Assembly (NCBI GenBank): GCA_045047115.1
Contig: JASFYR010000006.1
Coordinates: forward strand, 1-64,000
DNA: 64,000 nt
From: Sulfurospirillum sp.
Lineage (GTDB): Bacteria > Campylobacterota > Campylobacteria > Campylobacterales > Sulfurospirillaceae
Reading direction: 5' to 3'
Shown here: one piece after another, positions 63,367-64,000 of the stretch
Position numbering within the stretch: the first letter of the stretch is position 1
Layout of the letters: the number at the start of each line of letters is the position of its first letter
Translations under genes and position numbers: made by a program
The notes under the pieces: generated by a model
Database searches by the model: none
The model's input: the letters and a program-made list of their open reading frames with translations, nothing else
Told to the model about the DNA's origin: nothing

Positions 63367-64000
63367 ACTCGACTCTGTTTCTTCCTCTTTTTTTAGCTAC
63401 ATAAAGTCTTTTGTCAATTCTCAGTATAACTTCTTCAGCATCATCGCTTTTTCTGTTGTTTGCAACACCAAAACTACAGGTTAAATATTGAATATTTTTA
63501 AATTTATATTTTTGTACTGTACGCCGCAGTTTTTCAGACAGCTCAATCGCTTCTTCTTTTTTTGTTTCGGGCAAAATTATAAGAAACTCCTCTCCACCCC
63601 ATCTTCCAAATATATCACTTTTTCTGATTGATTTTTTTATCAGGTCACTCAATTCGATTAAAACCAAATCTCCTACTTTATGTCCATATCTGTCATTAAT
63701 TTTCTTAAAATGATCAATATCAAAATATATAAAGCTAAGCGGTCTTTTATATCTCTTGGATATTTCTATCTGTTTTTGCAACGAAACATCCATTTTATAT
63801 CTGTTATATATCGATGTTAATCTATCTGTAGTTGCCAGTTTTTCAAGCTCTTTTTCAAGTTTTTTTCTTTTGGATATCTCTCTTTTGAGATAAATTATCC
63901 AACCCAGGATAATCAGGATTATAATAGTAGATACAGCAATAATACTTAAGATATATTTTATACTATAGCCACTATTGTACCGTACAGCCGTCCATTTTCG
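63359..64000 (-). CDS. Membrane-bound diguanylate cyclase (GGDEF), 5' part outside window
   Basis: Frame open to the window edge: ...RKWTAV - TM - coiled coil - TDRLT..YNR, DIDHFKKIND.YGH, RKSD I-site, RWGGEEF. Confidence 0.93.
   Translation of the reverse strand, partial: RKWTAVRYNSGYSIKYILSIIAVSTIIILIILGWIIYLKREISKRKKLEKELEKLATTDRLTSIYNRYKMDVSLQKQIEISKRYKRPLSFIYFDIDHFKKINDRYGHKVGDLVLIELSDLIKKSIRKSDIFGRWGGEEFLIILPETKKEEAIELSEKLRRTVQKYKFKNIQYLTCSFGVANNRKSDDAEEVILRIDKRLYVAKKRGRNRVESI

Noticed and set aside
1..64000. CRISPR arrays, tRNA/rRNA, IS elements, prophage, defence systems
   Set aside because: No repeat-spacer arrays, no intergenic space with such structure, and no transposase, integrase, nuclease or phage-like ORFs seen

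Overview
An AT-rich chromosomal segment from a Campylobacterota (epsilonproteobacterial) genome, judged from protein families and gene order; a Sulfurospirillum-like free-living lineage is plausible but cannot be proven here. It is densely coding and mostly housekeeping. In order: the end of a His-rich probable Ni-transport ATPase, hypE-hypA, an AsmA-like gene overlapping mltG head-to-head, a TCA cluster (icd, mdh, two-subunit fumarase, sucCD, oorDABC), serC-serA, a long minus-strand core run (murJ, cysS, msbA, pyrD, M16 protease, dapA, enoyl-ACP reductase, pgsA, rseP, yggS), fapA-ruvA-ddl-(orphan Phd)-hydrolase-murF, pta-ackA, threonine aldolase, an AapJQMP-type amino-acid ABC transporter, class II DAHP synthase, proA/fqrB, a trpC/HIT/mnmH cluster and a truncated GGDEF gene. 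The best candidate for an undescribed system is 39966-47415: a Cache-domain two-component system, a DctP6/7-like TRAP transporter and 5-oxoprolinase pxpABC, with a direct-repeat operator and a structured leader, which together look like a pyroglutamate sense-import-catabolise module. Other oddities are a beta-barrel gene broken by a single in-frame stop and a toxin-less Phd antitoxin with its own promoter and palindrome in front of murF. I saw no rRNA, tRNA, CRISPR array, IS element or prophage. All family assignments come from motif recognition by eye, not database searches.
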